DNA of 64,000 bases from Ylistrum balloti (GCF_031769215.1 NW_026781978.1:1860001-1924000), one strand, 5' to 3'; positions 27,499 through 40,232 are shown, counted from the stretch's first letter. The notes: a model not told the origin generated them from the sequence alone. Program-made: numbers and translations.

Positions 27499-29988
27499 AC
27501 AAGAGATCCCAGAGGGATCTTGGCGCCCACCATTTGAGGATCTGTTTTCAGTTCTTGAAGATTTGCTTATTTTTTTTTGTTTGTTACAGGTGTTGTAAAT
27601 GTTCATGAACTGGTCTTCATTGAATGTACTCAATGATGGCACAAGATATTTTTATTAAGCACCTATTAGCAAATATCATTTGAAAAAGATCCCAAAGTAT
27701 TATTAGATAGCAGTCAGTTACAGGTGGATAATGGACAATATGCTTGTGCTGTATTACTGTCAACATCCAAGATGGCTGCCTGTGGGCCACCTTGATTTCA
27801 AATCAGTCCAAAAAAGGTACAATGCACAACTAAGGAACAAGGGAAACCAATATCTATGAAATATCAAAAGGATCCATCCAGTACTTCCTCAGATATAGCA
27901 GTAACAAGATTTTACTCTCAAAATCCAAGATGGCTGCCTGTCAGCCATCTTGATTTCGGATCAGTCCAAAAAGGTATAATGCACAACTTGGAACCAAAGG
28001 GAACCTGCATATGAAATTTGAGAAAGATCCATCCAGTACTTTCCAAGAAATAGCAGTAACAAACTTTTACTTCCAAAATCCAAGATGGCTGTCTGTCGGC
28101 CATCTTGAATTCGAATCAGTCCAAAAAAGGTACAATGCACAACTAGGGACCAAGGGGAAACTGTACATGAAATTTGAGAAAGATCCATCCAGTACTTTCC
28201 AAGAAATAGCAGTAACAAACTTTTACTTCGAAAATCCAAGATGGCTGTCTGTCGGCCATCTTGAATTCGAATCAGTCCAAAAAAGGTACAATGCACAACT
28301 AGGGACCAAGGGGAAACTGCATACGGAATTTGAGAAAGATCCATCCAGTACTTTCCAAGAAATGTAACAAACTTTTACATCCAAAATCCAAGATGAAATT
28401 TCAGTTCAAAAAAGGTTCAATGCACAACTAGGGACCAAAGGGAAACTGCATATGAAATTTGAGAAAGATCCATCCGGTACTTTCTCAGAAATAGCGGTAA
28501 CAAACTTTTACATCCAAAATCCAAGATGGCTGTCTGTCAGCCATCTTGAATTCGAATCAGTCCAAGAAAGGTACAATGCACAACTAGGGACCAAGGGGAA
28601 ACTGCATATGGAATTTGAGAAAGATCCATCCAGTACTTTCCAAGAAATAGCGGTAACAAACTTTTACATCCAAAATCCAAGATGGCTGTCTGTCGGCCAT
28701 CTTGAATTTGAATCAGTCCAAAAAAGGTACAATGCACAACTAGGGACCAAAGGGAAACTGCATATGAAATTTATTAACAAACTTTTTAAGACAAAAAGGT
28801 ATAATGCACAACTTGGAAAAAGGGTGCATATGAAATTTGAGAAAGATCCATCCAGTACTTTCCAAGAAATAGCTGTAACAAACTTTTACATCCAAAATCC
28901 AAGATGGCTGTCTGTCGGCCAGAAATAGCAGTCCAAAAAAGGTACAATGCACAACTAGGGACCAAACTCAGAAATAGCGGTAACAAAATCCAAAATCCAA
29001 GATGGCTGCCTGTCAGCCATCTTGATTTTCAGTCCAAAAAGGTATAATGCACAACTTGGAACCATGCATATGAAATTTGAGAAAGATCCATCCAGTACTT
29101 TCCAAGAAATAGCAGTAACAAACTTTTACTTCCAAAATCCAAGATGGCTGTCTGTCGGCCATCTTGAATTCGAATCAGTCCAAAAAAGGTACAATGCACA
29201 ACTAGGGACCAAGGGGAAACTGTATATGAAATTTGAGAAAGATCCATCCAGTACTTGTCAAGAAATAGCGGTAACAAACTTTTACTTCCAAAATCCAAGA
29301 TGGCTGTCTGTCGGCCATCTTGAATTCGAATCAGTCCAAAAAAGGTACAATGCACGACTAGGGACCAAGGGGAAACAGGATATTAAATTTAAGACAGGTC
29401 CATCCAGTACTTTCCAAGAAATAGCAGTAACAAACTTTTACATCCAAAATCCAAGATGGCTGTCTGTCAGCCATCTTGAATTCGAATCAGTCCAAAAAAG
29501 GTACAATGCACAACTAGGGACCAAAGGGAAACTGCATATGAAATTTGAGAAAGATCCATCCGGTACTTTCTCAGAAATAGCGGTAACAAACTTTTACATC
29601 CAAAATCCAAGATGGCTGTCTGTCGGCCATCTTGAATTTGAATCAGTCCATAAAAGGTACAATGCACAACTAGGGACCAAGGGGAACCTGCATATGAAAT
29701 TTGAGAAAGATCCATCCAGTACTTTCCAATAAATAGCGGTAACAAACTTTTACTTCCAAAATCCAAGATGGCCACCTGTCGGCCATCTTGAATTCGAATC
29801 AGTGCAAAAAAGGTACAATGCACAACTAGGGACCAAGGGGAACCTGCATATGAAATTTGAGAAAGATCCATCCGGTACTTTTCCAGAAATAGCGGTAACA
29901 AGAATTGTTTACGGACTGACGGACGACGGACCACGGACGGCAAGACGATTTGAATACCCCACCATCTGATGATGGTGGGCTAAAAAAA
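27499..29988 (-). mobile_element. Non-autonomous Helentron (HINE/DINE-1-like) with an internal 156-bp tandem array
   Basis: Right end: hairpin CCCACCATC-TGAT-GATGGTGGG (29958-29979), A-tract and a GACG-type microsatellite (29911-29940). Left end: subterminal inverted repeat GCCCACCAT (27525-27533) and stem-loop AGATCCC-AGA-GGGATCT (27504-27520). 156-bp period (28011, 28167). Confidence 0.85.
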
Positions 29989-30351
29989 ACAATCATGAAA
30001 TGAATGAATCAGTAAATTTTAATTAACTTTCAAAACACAAAAAAAAAAAAAAAGAAACAAAATAAATCTGTCAACAGATTGGATCAACACAATTGAATTT
30101 ATAAACATTTTATAAACAACAGGATATAATTTATTACACCGGTGTATAGTTACAGAAATGTTAATATTTTTGTGTATATCTTGTACTTTTATCAACCATA
30201 TATATTAAATAAATGTAAATATAACTTGATAAGCAATCAACAAAACATTTTATGAACCCAAATGTTTCCTAAGCAACAAACTCAGTGGTATGATAAACAT
30301 TAAAAAGAATCAAACCTTTAGTCTGCCGATCAATGTGCTATATAGATTGGA

Positions 30352-30505
30352 CTACCTGTATTTCCAGAATTTTTTTAGATGATACTGGAACGTCCTGGAG
30401 TTGTACAGAGCCACAAGGGCTAACAACAACATGTACAACACAATCATCAAAACAAACCGATGTTGGTATAACCAGCTATTGTGCCATCTTTGTGATGTAC
30501 TTGTC
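30352..30505 (-). CDS. PARP16: PARP16 exon 6 (C-terminal transmembrane anchor, stop)
   Basis: ttattacAG|G phase 2; TSTSQRWHNSWLYQHRFVLMIVLYMLLLALVALYNSRTFQYHLKKFWKYR*, comparable to the tail anchor of human PARP16. Confidence 0.9.
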
Positions 30506-30759
30506 CTGTAATAAAAAGATACAGTCAACTGAAGGAAGCAAAATTGAATGTTTTGGAGTAACAAAATTACACCTGCTAGTGACCAAGGAAGAGTTTTTAA
30601 CTTTTCAGTCTTACTGATGTGTTAAAAGGTATACTTCTGACTCATGAAATTAAATTCAAAGTCCTTCCTTCAGACTTTTCTTTTTAATTCCCAGTGGAGT
30701 TTGGCAAGGTTTTTAGTCTCATTGTTTAGATAGATTTTTCTAATCAAAATTCTAAATTT

Positions 30760-30961
30760 AAAAGGCCATAACTATATAAAAATAAATTGACCATAACTTG
30801 ACTTGAATATCATCATCATACAACTACATAGGTGAAATGAAATAACAGTTCTATATCTGTATCTGATGAAGCATGAATGAACAGTATTGATGGAATGACA
30901 GAATGCTGGCCGAGGGATAACAATCTAAGCCCTTGATCATGTGATGGCAGAAGCATAAAAA
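30760..30961. mobile_element. Short Helentron-like fragment in PARP16 intron 5
   Basis: AAAAGGCCATAACT...GAATGACAGAATG...AGCATAAAAA layout resembles HINE remnants; degenerate. Confidence 0.3.
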
Positions 30962-31621
30962 GCTGGAAATGGGCAAGAGGCCCCTGACCTTTTCATAACC
31001 AAACGGATCTGAACACAGGTTAGAAAATGTGAAAGGTAATGTATATTATTGCTAAATCAAATATACCTTATTTTGTTGCTGTGTTAAAAAGAGTGTTTGT
31101 TGCTTTTCACCCTTCATTCATCATATGAAAAAATTGTATTTTGATAAATTGTTTAATTATTATTGTCTAGTGCTTAGAAGATATGAAAAAACATTAGCCA
31201 AATGGGTTTGTGTCTACTAAGTAAGATGTTTGTATTAAAACATTTCACCAATGGTCAACAATATCTCATGGATTGTTAAGTCTAATGTTGTTGTGCTATA
31301 CATGCACATGCAGGATGTAAATTTACATACCCTATAGATCAAAACTATTGAAATATTTGTGAAATATCTTAGCATGCACACAACATTTTTACAATGAACT
31401 GATAGGTTCACACAGTTCATATCTAATCTTTTTAATTCACCTCTATAAACTTGCAAGTAATGTCTGATAATAAGTTTAGAAGGTGAATAATTTTTTACCT
31501 AACAGTATATTTCTGCCATAATAATGTGACAATTTAACTAATCCAAAACAATAAAATAGATAAACATTTTTTTCTTTTAATTCTTCAACCTTTTCTGAAA
31601 ATATTCATTACTAGACTGTAC

Positions 31622-31775
31622 CTTGTCAGTTGTGATGTTTTTTCCACATAGACAAGCAGATACTTGATACGAAGCATGTCATTGTTTTGTACAACATAGT
31701 ACTTTTCTGGAACATCTCCTCCTTCACTGTTGGCTGCATGTGCTCGTTTCTTGTTTGTTTTTCCATCGATACCAT
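31622..31775 (-). CDS. PARP16: PARP16 exon 5
   Basis: tttAG|AT phase 1 to AG|GTACAG phase 2; [28 protein letters not shown] matches PARP16 [28 protein letters not shown]. Confidence 0.95.
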
Positions 31776-32357
31776 CTAAATCAAGTTGATGAAGGGAGAC
31801 AATCATAGTTTAAACATCAAACATAGTCACCATCCATTATAAGGTGTACAAATATTTCTTTCTTCCCAATTTTGTCCACTTATAAATTCAACAGACTTGA
31901 TGTATGCCACAGGGAGCATGATTCCAAGCATTCACTACTATAACTTCAAGCCATTAAAATGTAAAAATATCACCTAAAATATATCAAAGTAATTAAAATC
32001 ATTTTAAATAACCAGTAATAATTTCATAGATGACGTTAATGGGTAACATTTGAATACACTGCCATCAATTACAATGCTATGTTGAGTCTGATCATGATTC
32101 TATGACCAATGAAAAAATTACTAACCATGAAAATTTGCTGATTCTTTATCAAGATGTTGATTCAAAGAAAAAATCAAGATGTCACCCAAGAGTATCAAAC
32201 ATGAAGTTTGAAGTTAAAAAGATGCAGAAATTATTCTAAAGGCAAAATTTTTTTCTTTGAATTTCATGTACCTGGTATCTGTTTATCACAATTCTATTCA
32301 ATTCTATAGTGACACAGTGATATCACAACTTTATGTATAAAACCAACATTTCCTCTT

Positions 32358-32439
32358 CACACACACACACACACATGCAGGCACGCGCACGTGCACGCAC
32401 GCGCACACACGCACGCACGCACACACACACACACACACA
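32358..32439. repeat. (CA)n/(GCAC)n compound microsatellite
   Basis: Mostly alternating purine-pyrimidine tract in PARP16 intron 4. Confidence 0.95.
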
Positions 32440-32500
32440 ATTCTTGTATATTGTTTAAATCAGACCTTTGAAAGAAATCCAATGATTTCACTAATCTTAC

Positions 32501-32669
32501 CCTCTTTAACTTGACACTTCACAGACTCATCATCAATGACCTCACAAACAGCCACACAGCTAAGCTTATGGCCTAAACAACTCTTGTCCCAACCAAGGCC
32601 AGTCGGGCTGTAGAGAAGGGAAACTGACAGCTCGCTTGACAGGTATGTACCTTCGCCAAATACAGAAAT
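32501..32669 (-). CDS. PARP16: PARP16 exon 4
   Basis: tttcAG|ATT to G|GTAAGA; [56 protein letters not shown]. Confidence 0.96.
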
Positions 32670-32890
32670 CTGAAATATATCAATGCACCTTGCCATGATT
32701 GAGAGGCTATTTCTTTTAATGTTGAAAATCAAAAGTTGTCTCCATCATTTATGTATTGGGGAAAGCTATGCATCTCAAAATGTGGGGGAGGAGAGATAAT
32801 TCTAAAATCTAGGTAAATATTCTGATGTGTTTTAAATAAATATGTGATGTTTTTATTGTATATAGTCATTTGATTGTTTTAGTCACTTAC

Positions 32891-33094
32891 TTTGTTCATA
32901 TGTGATGCCAAACCATTATGTAAGATAGAATGGAAGTTTTCCAGTCGACTGCCATGGTAAGCAAACATTGTTTTTCTCTGTCGACGATTTTCCTCAAATT
33001 TGGCTTCATCAGCTTCACTAGGTATAACTTCAAACACAAAATCAGGGTCGGTGGTTTGCACAGTGTCTCCTGTCTGCTTCTTTATCTCTTCAAA
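32891..33094 (-). CDS. PARP16: PARP16 exon 3 (catalytic His)
   Basis: aacAG|TTT to AAA|GTAAGT; contains AYHGSRLENFHSILHNGL. Confidence 0.97.
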
Positions 33095-33668
33095 CTGTTT
33101 GAGATTATAGATAGTTTTAAGTCTTAATAATACATTTCGCAAAATCCTTAATATATTGTAGATGCTATGATATGTACAAATAATTACACCTGTTACAATT
33201 TCGTCAAATCTTTCCTTGGTTTCAGTAAGAATATGAACTTCTTCCAAAAAATCTGCAAGATCTTATCTAAATTTTCGAGAAACTAATTGGGTACCTGTAG
33301 TCTTAACAAGTACTCAAAAGAGTACATTGTTTGTGCAGTTCCAATAAAAATTCATTATCTTATACTGGAAACAAGTATTGGCAATGTACCTTATTTCCTC
33401 TAATATCAAACCATTGGAATAAAATGACACATTATATCATAAATTCTCTGACAAAAGGGGTAAGGTTATTATAGGACAAAAAAAGAATCAATGACAGATA
33501 AATATGTTATACATAATGTGTTAGATTATTGCCTATATTTTTTATTATTATTTATATGACTACCCATGTACAGTGCTATGTTATGTACAGAATTACATAT
33601 ATTTGATATAGATATGAATTATTATAGTGATTTGACAAAATCATCAATATTCCCTAAATTACCAATAC

Positions 33669-33806
33669 CTGGGACGACTTCATTGTCTTCATGGAAAATG
33701 AACCTCTGTCGAGAACCCACTGCATTAGATCTAGAGCACTTTCTTTGGTACAAATTCCATTGGAAGCTAGATGTCTCAACATAGGCATTTCTTCAACTGT
33801 CTTTTC
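33669..33806 (-). CDS. PARP16: PARP16 exon 2
   Basis: ttttAG|GAA to CAG|GTATTG, phase 0/0, 46 codons EKTVEEMPMLRHLASNGICTKESALDLMQWVLDRGSFSMKTMKSSQ; same position and similar content as the PARP16 helical-domain exon. Not in the ORF track. Confidence 0.85.
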
Positions 33807-35106
33807 CTAAAATAAAAGAAGTTGCATTTTAAATTAGGAAATTTGGATCTGAATATGTACTGTGTATACATGGCATAATCTCTTAATGAATATACACTGT
33901 AAATGAAGGGACAATGTTGGGAGCTGAGAGCAATGGGCCATTTTCAGCTATTTTAGTTAAAGTAAATAGCAAATAAGGCAGGCTATATGTAATATATTTA
34001 AGCAAGTACAGTATAAGGCTGAATATCCTTTGCTTAAGAAGAATGAGGAATATTATATTTATAATGTATATGTTCATGCAAGGATGGATTAACAATGACA
34101 GCATAACCTTGGAATGTATTTAAGTCCTGGATTTCTAAGTAAAATTTACCATATATTTCAGGGCACAATCAGATGTGTTATGTACAAGATTGTCCATTCT
34201 AGGTTATTGTTTGATTCGCTTTAATTGAAAGTTACCCAAGTCAGATTCTGTAAATTAACTGTTGCAGATATACTCTAGATCAAGTAACAGGCTTCTAAAT
34301 CAAACTTGGATTTATACAACCATATACAATGTAGTATACACATATTTTGCTATTGAAATTGTAAACTCAAGATTGTTTAGCATTTTTTTTTATCTATCAT
34401 ACTTCAATTTTACAGGTGGGAGTGATACATAATCTTAAAAATATGACAACAGGGCAAACAGCCTCAAGTGGAAGTGATTGACTTAACTGGCGGTGGAAAA
34501 TATATCCCTAAGCTTACCATTCATCTGAGCAACTGAGCAATGCGTTCTCATTTGACACATGTATAAATGTAACAAATGAAGCCTGGATGACATTAGATAA
34601 ATGTATTTTTGTAGAAATTTCAATACCTTCAATGTTGACATACAAAATATTGTATGTCCCTGACTTTTGGAAAAGTTTTCTTTGCTAGTAAACAAACTGT
34701 TGTTGTTGAAAGGGTTATAACTTTCTACAGATAAGGTATAAATAGTGAAAATCCTTAGACAATAGCTACAAAGATGAGGATTCTTACTGTCTATTAGTTA
34801 CATGTAATTTTCTGTCTTGGCCACAGTATTGACAGCTACCAAGATTGAAGAAGTGTTTGAAATGACTATGATGTCCATAGGTCTTTGACAGATATCCTGT
34901 TACTTGAAACTTACCAATACTCCTCTAAACAATGCAAACCATTCCCAATTGTTGATAACTACTCTTGACATCCAGTAAGCATTTGTCTTTATTTTTGGAA
35001 ACAACCTATTGCTGAAAGTTTTATCAATCTATTCTAGTATATTGGTTCATGTGTCATACATAAACAATCATAATCAACATACTAATTGACATAATGAAAA
35101 AATTAC

Positions 35107-35277
35107 CAGTGATTTCATATCCTTCTCTCCATCTTCTTTACAGAAGTGAGGAGGAAATGGTTTCACCAAAGAATCAAATTTGTAACTTTTTAAAGCTGCA
35201 ACGAAGAAGCTCAAAACAAGATCAGTTGCAAATCGATCGTCTGCTATCCTCTGTCTGAGAATCGTCCCTGACGTCAT
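35107..35277 (-). CDS. PARP16: PARP16 exon 1 (mono-ADP-ribosyltransferase, about 329 aa in total)
   Basis: MTSGTILRQRIADDRFATDLVLSFFVAALKSYKFDSLVKPFPP..., donor CTG|GTAATT. Six exons join in frame and carry the H-Y-Y catalytic triad. Confidence 0.93.
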
Positions 35278-35456
35278 GGTTACACTTCTTAAGCTTGTTA
35301 TGTTGTCCTCCTTATGTCATATTACCAGATATTGTGACGTTGATTTAAGTAACGTATACGTACACCAAAACCTGGTAATGTGTTTACTTCCGGTTTCGGT
35401 TTGAAACTTCCGGGAAATAATCGTCACTGAGCATGTCCATTTGCCATACAAACAAC
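35278..35456. promoter_or_regulatory. Candidate bidirectional promoter shared by PARP16 and AK6
   Basis: 179 bp between divergent ATGs; two ETS/GABP-type ACTTCCGG sites (35386-35393, 35406-35413); no TATA box. Confidence 0.75.
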
Positions 35457-35496
35457 ATGGCGGCACGAGCACATGGTCCAAACATATTGATAACAG
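35457..35496 (+). CDS. AK6: AK6 exon 1
   Basis: ATG GCG GCA ... MAARAHGPNILIT + G|GTTGTG; PNILIT matches the AK6 N-terminus (PNILLTG), and phase 1 fits exon 2. Confidence 0.88.
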
Positions 35497-35650
35497 GTTG
35501 TGTATCTTTTGTTGTTAATGTTAACGTTATTGTTCAAACAGTTGTTATATTTACTAAGGCAATGAATTAATCGAAAGTATATGTAATTACTAGTTTATAT
35601 TCAGCATAAAGTGTGTACACGTTTACTCGCACTGGTAGATTTGTTCCTCG

Positions 35651-37981
35651 ACCACAGACCTGCTGGTACAATGTTACTGACGGACTCGGATACCACAGAC
35701 CTGCTGTTACAATGATACTGACGGACTCGGGATACCACAGACGTGTTGGTACAATGTTACTGACGACTCGGATACCACAGACCTGCTGGTACAATGATAT
35801 TGACGGACTCGGGATACCACAGACGTGTTGGTACAATGTTACTGACGGACTCGGATACCCCAGACCTGCTGGTACAATGTTACTGACGACTCGGATACCA
35901 CAGACCTGCTGGTACAATGATATTGATGGACTCGGATACCCCAGACCTGCCGGTACAATGTTACTGACGGACTCTGATACCACAGACCTGCTGGTACAAT
36001 GATATTGATGGACTCAGATACCCCAGACCTGCCGGTACAATGATATTGATGGACTCGGATACCACAGACCTGCCGGTACAATGATATTGACGGACTCGGG
36101 ATACCACAGACGTGTTGGTACAATGTTACTGACGGACTCGGATACCCCAAACCTGCCGGTACAATGTTACTGACGGACTCGGATACCCCAGACCTGCTGG
36201 TACAATGTTACTGACGACTCGGATACCACAGACCTGCTGGTACAATGATATTGATGGACTCGGATACCCCAGACCTGCCGGTACAATGTTACTGACGGAC
36301 TCTGATACCACAGACCTGCTGGTACAATGATATTGATGGACTCAGATACCCCAGACCTGCCGGTACAATGATATTGATGGACTCGGATACCACAGACCTG
36401 CTGGTACAATGTTACTGACGACTCGGATACCACAGACCTGCCGGTACAATGTTTCTGACGGACTCGGATACCACAGACCTGCTGGTACAATGATACTGAC
36501 GGACTCGGATACCACAGACCTGCTGGTACAATGTTACTGACGGACTCGGATACCACAGACCTGCTGGTACAATGATATTGATGGACTCGGAAACCCCAGA
36601 CCGGCCGTTACAATGTTACTGACGGACTCGGATACCCCAGACCTGCTGGTACAATGTTACTGGCGGACTCTGATACCACAGACCTGCTGGTACAATGATA
36701 TTGATGGACTCGGATACCACAGACCTGTAATTACAATGTTACTGACGACTCGGATACCACAGACCTGCTGGTACAATGATATTGATGGACTCGGATACCC
36801 CAGACCTGCTGGTACAATGTTACTGACGACTCGGATACCACAGACCTGCTGTTACAATGTTACTGATGGACTTGGGATACCACAGACCTGCTGGTACAAT
36901 GTTACTGACGACTCGGATACCACAGACCTGCTGTTACAATGTTACTGATGGACTCGGGATACCACAGACCTGCTGGTACAATGTTACTTACTACTCGGAT
37001 ACCACAGACCTGCTGTTACAATGTTACTGACGGACTCGGGATACCACAGACGTGTTGGTACAATGTTACTGAAGACTCGGATACCACAGACCTGCTGGTA
37101 CAATGTTACTGACGGACTCGGGATACCACAGACGTGTTGGTACAATGTTACTGAAGACTCGGATACCACAGACCTGCTGGTACAATGATATTGATGGACT
37201 CGGATACCCCAGACTTGATGGTACAATGTTACTGACGACTCGGATACCACAGACCTGCTGTTACAATGTTACTGACGGACTCGGGATACCACAGTCGTGT
37301 TGATACAATGTTACTGACGACTCGGATACCACAGACCTGCTGGTGCAATGATACTGATGGACTCGGATACCCCAGACCTGCTGGTACAATGTTACTGACG
37401 GACTCGGGATACCACAGACCTGCTGGTTCAATGTTACTGACGTCTCGGATACCACAGACCTGCTGGTACAATGTTACTGACGTCTCGGATACCACAGACC
37501 TGCTGGTACAATGTTACTGACGACTCGGATACCACAGACCTGCTGGTAAAATGTTACTGACGACTCGGATACCACAGATCTGCTGGTACAATGTTACTGA
37601 TGGAATCGGATACCACAGACCTGCTGGTACAATGATATTGATGGACTCGGGATACCACAGACCTGCCGGTACAATGTTACTGACGGACTCGGATACCCCA
37701 GACCTGCTGGTACAATGATATTGATGGACTCGGGATACCACAGACCTGCTGGTACAATGTTACTGACGACTCGGATACCACAGACCTGCCGGTACAATGT
37801 TACTGATGGACTCGGGATACCACAGACCTGCTGGTACAATGTTACTGATGGACTCGGGATACCACAGACCTGCTGGTGCAATGATACTGATGGACTAGGA
37901 TACCCCAGACCTGCCGGTACAATGTTACTGACAGACTCGGATACCACAGACCTGCTGGTACAATGTTACTGACGGACTCGG
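35651..37981. repeat. 40-42-bp minisatellite array, about 57 copies, in AK6 intron 1
   Basis: Unit GGATACCACAGACCTGCTGGTACAATGTTACTGACGGACTC with 1-bp length variants; source of all ORFs at 35567-38193. Confidence 0.97.
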
Positions 37982-38229
37982 GTATATCTAAGACCGTAAT
38001 TCAACACAGTAAGGAAAGTTTGACAGGAGCTGTGTCGCAGATTTTTTTTATATGTATAAGAGTAGCATGCATGTCAATGTTATTGTATAATTTTAGACTA
38101 GTTGGATTTGTTCACGTCTGTCCGGGATTTGTTGACCACGGCACTTGTAACATACAAATCTCCTATTACTTTTTTATTATTAGGATTTATTAGGAAAATT
38201 AATGGGTACAGACAGAAAGCCTCCATATC

Positions 38230-38600
38230 CACATCAACAATATATATTTTGAAAATATTTTCTTTTGACACCTTTTTTCGACTTGAGGTGTCCATTTGAA
38301 AAAAAAGTCTTCTACCACTCTGTAATCATAACTATGTTTCACTATTTTAAAAACATTTTTGATATCTCCCGAATTCAGTAATGATGAAGCGTTTGCAGAT
38401 TTAATCTCTTCAGGCATTCCAATCCTTGTATGATAAGTTCTTAAGTCAAGAGATCAGCTTTGTAACCCTCCCCTGTACCTTCTTGATCAATTTGATATCT
38501 GTAACTCTAGACGCTATCTACTGTGAACTATGTCTGAATTTCTTCTATGGCCAGACATTTGTTCTTTGAAATCACAGGTGTTGTGGAACATGAATGTACT
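38230..38600 (-). mobile_element. Decayed CR1/L2-type LINE reverse-transcriptase C-terminal fragment
   Basis: Minus-strand frames give IKKVQGRVTKLIS*LKNLSY and GDIKNVFKIVKHSYDYRV, resembling CR1 (E.VQRRATKL..GLK.LSY...RGDMIEVFKI); stops and frameshifts present. Confidence 0.6.
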
Positions 38601-39238
38601 AATCAACCATACAGATGTTTTCTTCCTTCTAAATTTAATATATAATTCCACATATGCTCTAAAACCAGGGCACTGATAAAGTAAAATCAAAGTAAAGTAT
38701 GGTGTTTGGAAAAGAAAAAACTCATAATGAAGATGTGTTGTGACACCAACAACATATCTGAACTTAGAAATCCTCAGAAAATTATTGGATTAATATCATT
38801 TGCTAAAGAATCCCAATGTGTGTGAATTAATGCAAGTCTCCAAATTCATTACAAGGTTTTTCAAAAAGACAAAGAAAATTTATTATCCAACCTGTTTAGC
38901 TGAAAACCATAACTGCCTTTGTGTTGTGTTCTGCAGACTCTTTTTTTGCATAGAAAAAAATTGGTGATGTAAACTCATGGTTTTTTTATTTATAAGGATA
39001 AAAAAACCTGTGTTTTCTTGAAATATTACAAATTTTGCATTTGGACCATGTTATAGTATTACTTTCAAACTGATTTTCATTTTGAAAATTTTGATCAACA
39101 TGTTACATGCAAACCTCCCTTACTGGAGTCCAAAACTCCTGAAATAATCACAAATCTCTCCCGGTTCTTAGCTATGGTATACTAATATTGCTTTGTGTTT
39201 TGTGTGTATTTTTCAGATGATTTCTCTGTTAATTGCAG

Positions 39239-39390
39239 GTACTCCAGGTACAGGAAAATCAACACTTGCTGCTGAATTATGTCAGAGGGCAGCACTGAAC
39301 TATGTAAATGTTGGAGATGTAGCCAAACAAGGGGACCTGTACGAGGGATGGGACCACATATACAATTGTCAAATGATTGATGAGGACAGA
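39239..39390 (+). CDS. AK6: AK6 exon 2 (Walker A/P-loop)
   Basis: ttgcAG|GT to AGA|GTATGT; GTPGTGKSTLAAELCQRAALNYVNVGDVAKQGDLYEGWD...DEDR. Confidence 0.97.
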
Positions 39391-40086
39391 GTATGTGTGT
39401 TTTGTTATTCACTGTGTAGTATAAATTGGTGAATTATCTGACATTTTCTATAAAGTCCATATTGTTTTATGTGTCTCTTTGTCAAATGAATTGAAGACGC
39501 AAGGCATTTCATAGTGTTGTAGATATTTTGTCACTCCAAATTGTAGTCTAGCAGCTACATGTATATATGTATCAGTACATAAAAGTTCATGTTTAAGATA
39601 CAGTATGCAATGCCAGAAAAAGGACGTAATGTAGGCCAAGCTAACTTTGGCTTTCTTTGTTGACAGAAACATTGTTTCCTGAAGTTTACAAATTTCACTT
39701 ATTTATTTAATTTAAAATTATTTTTAAGGTAACCAGCTGTGTAAATTTAGATGTATCAGTTTTCATGTGTTTGAAAGGTGGCAGTTAATTTAATATCAAC
39801 AGATGTCATATTGTAGCTACTGTAAACGTAAAGCAGTTCGAAATAAGACTTGATTAGCATTGCAAACTTGAAGAAATAAATTTTTAATTAATTCTAATAT
39901 TCGATACATTGCCATTTTATGTCACTTTTTATTGATATGGATATAGAGGCTTATAGCCTGCGTCCATTATATATCTTATTAAATGTGTACTAAAAATGAC
40001 TATTGTGTGATGAAATAATGGACAAGGTGTATATTTAACCATTGAAATATTACTGCCATGACATTATATGTATGTTTGATATCCAG

Positions 40087-40232
40087 GTGATTGATGAATT
40101 AGAGGAGAAAATGGGGCAAGGGGGGAACATTGTTGACTATCACAGCTGCGAGTTCTTCCCTGAAAGATGGTTTGACATAGTCTTTGTACTAAGGACAGAC
40201 AACTCCATCCTCTATGACCGATTGGAAAGCAG
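40087..40232 (+). CDS. AK6: AK6 exon 3
   Basis: ccAG|GTG to AG|GTATGT; [37 protein letters not shown]. Confidence 0.97.

Noticed and set aside
27918-29943. Long repetitive ORFs (up to 236 aa) as real proteins
   Set aside because: They result from a 156-bp unit that is a multiple of 3, are open on both strands at once, and lie inside a non-autonomous element.
35567-38193. Many overlapping ORFs in AK6 intron 1
   Set aside because: Translations of the 40-42-bp minisatellite in several frames on both strands.
35497-39238. TAF9 nested in the AK6 locus, as in vertebrates
   Set aside because: No histone-fold TAF9-like ORF; the intron holds only the minisatellite, a LINE relic and AT-rich DNA.
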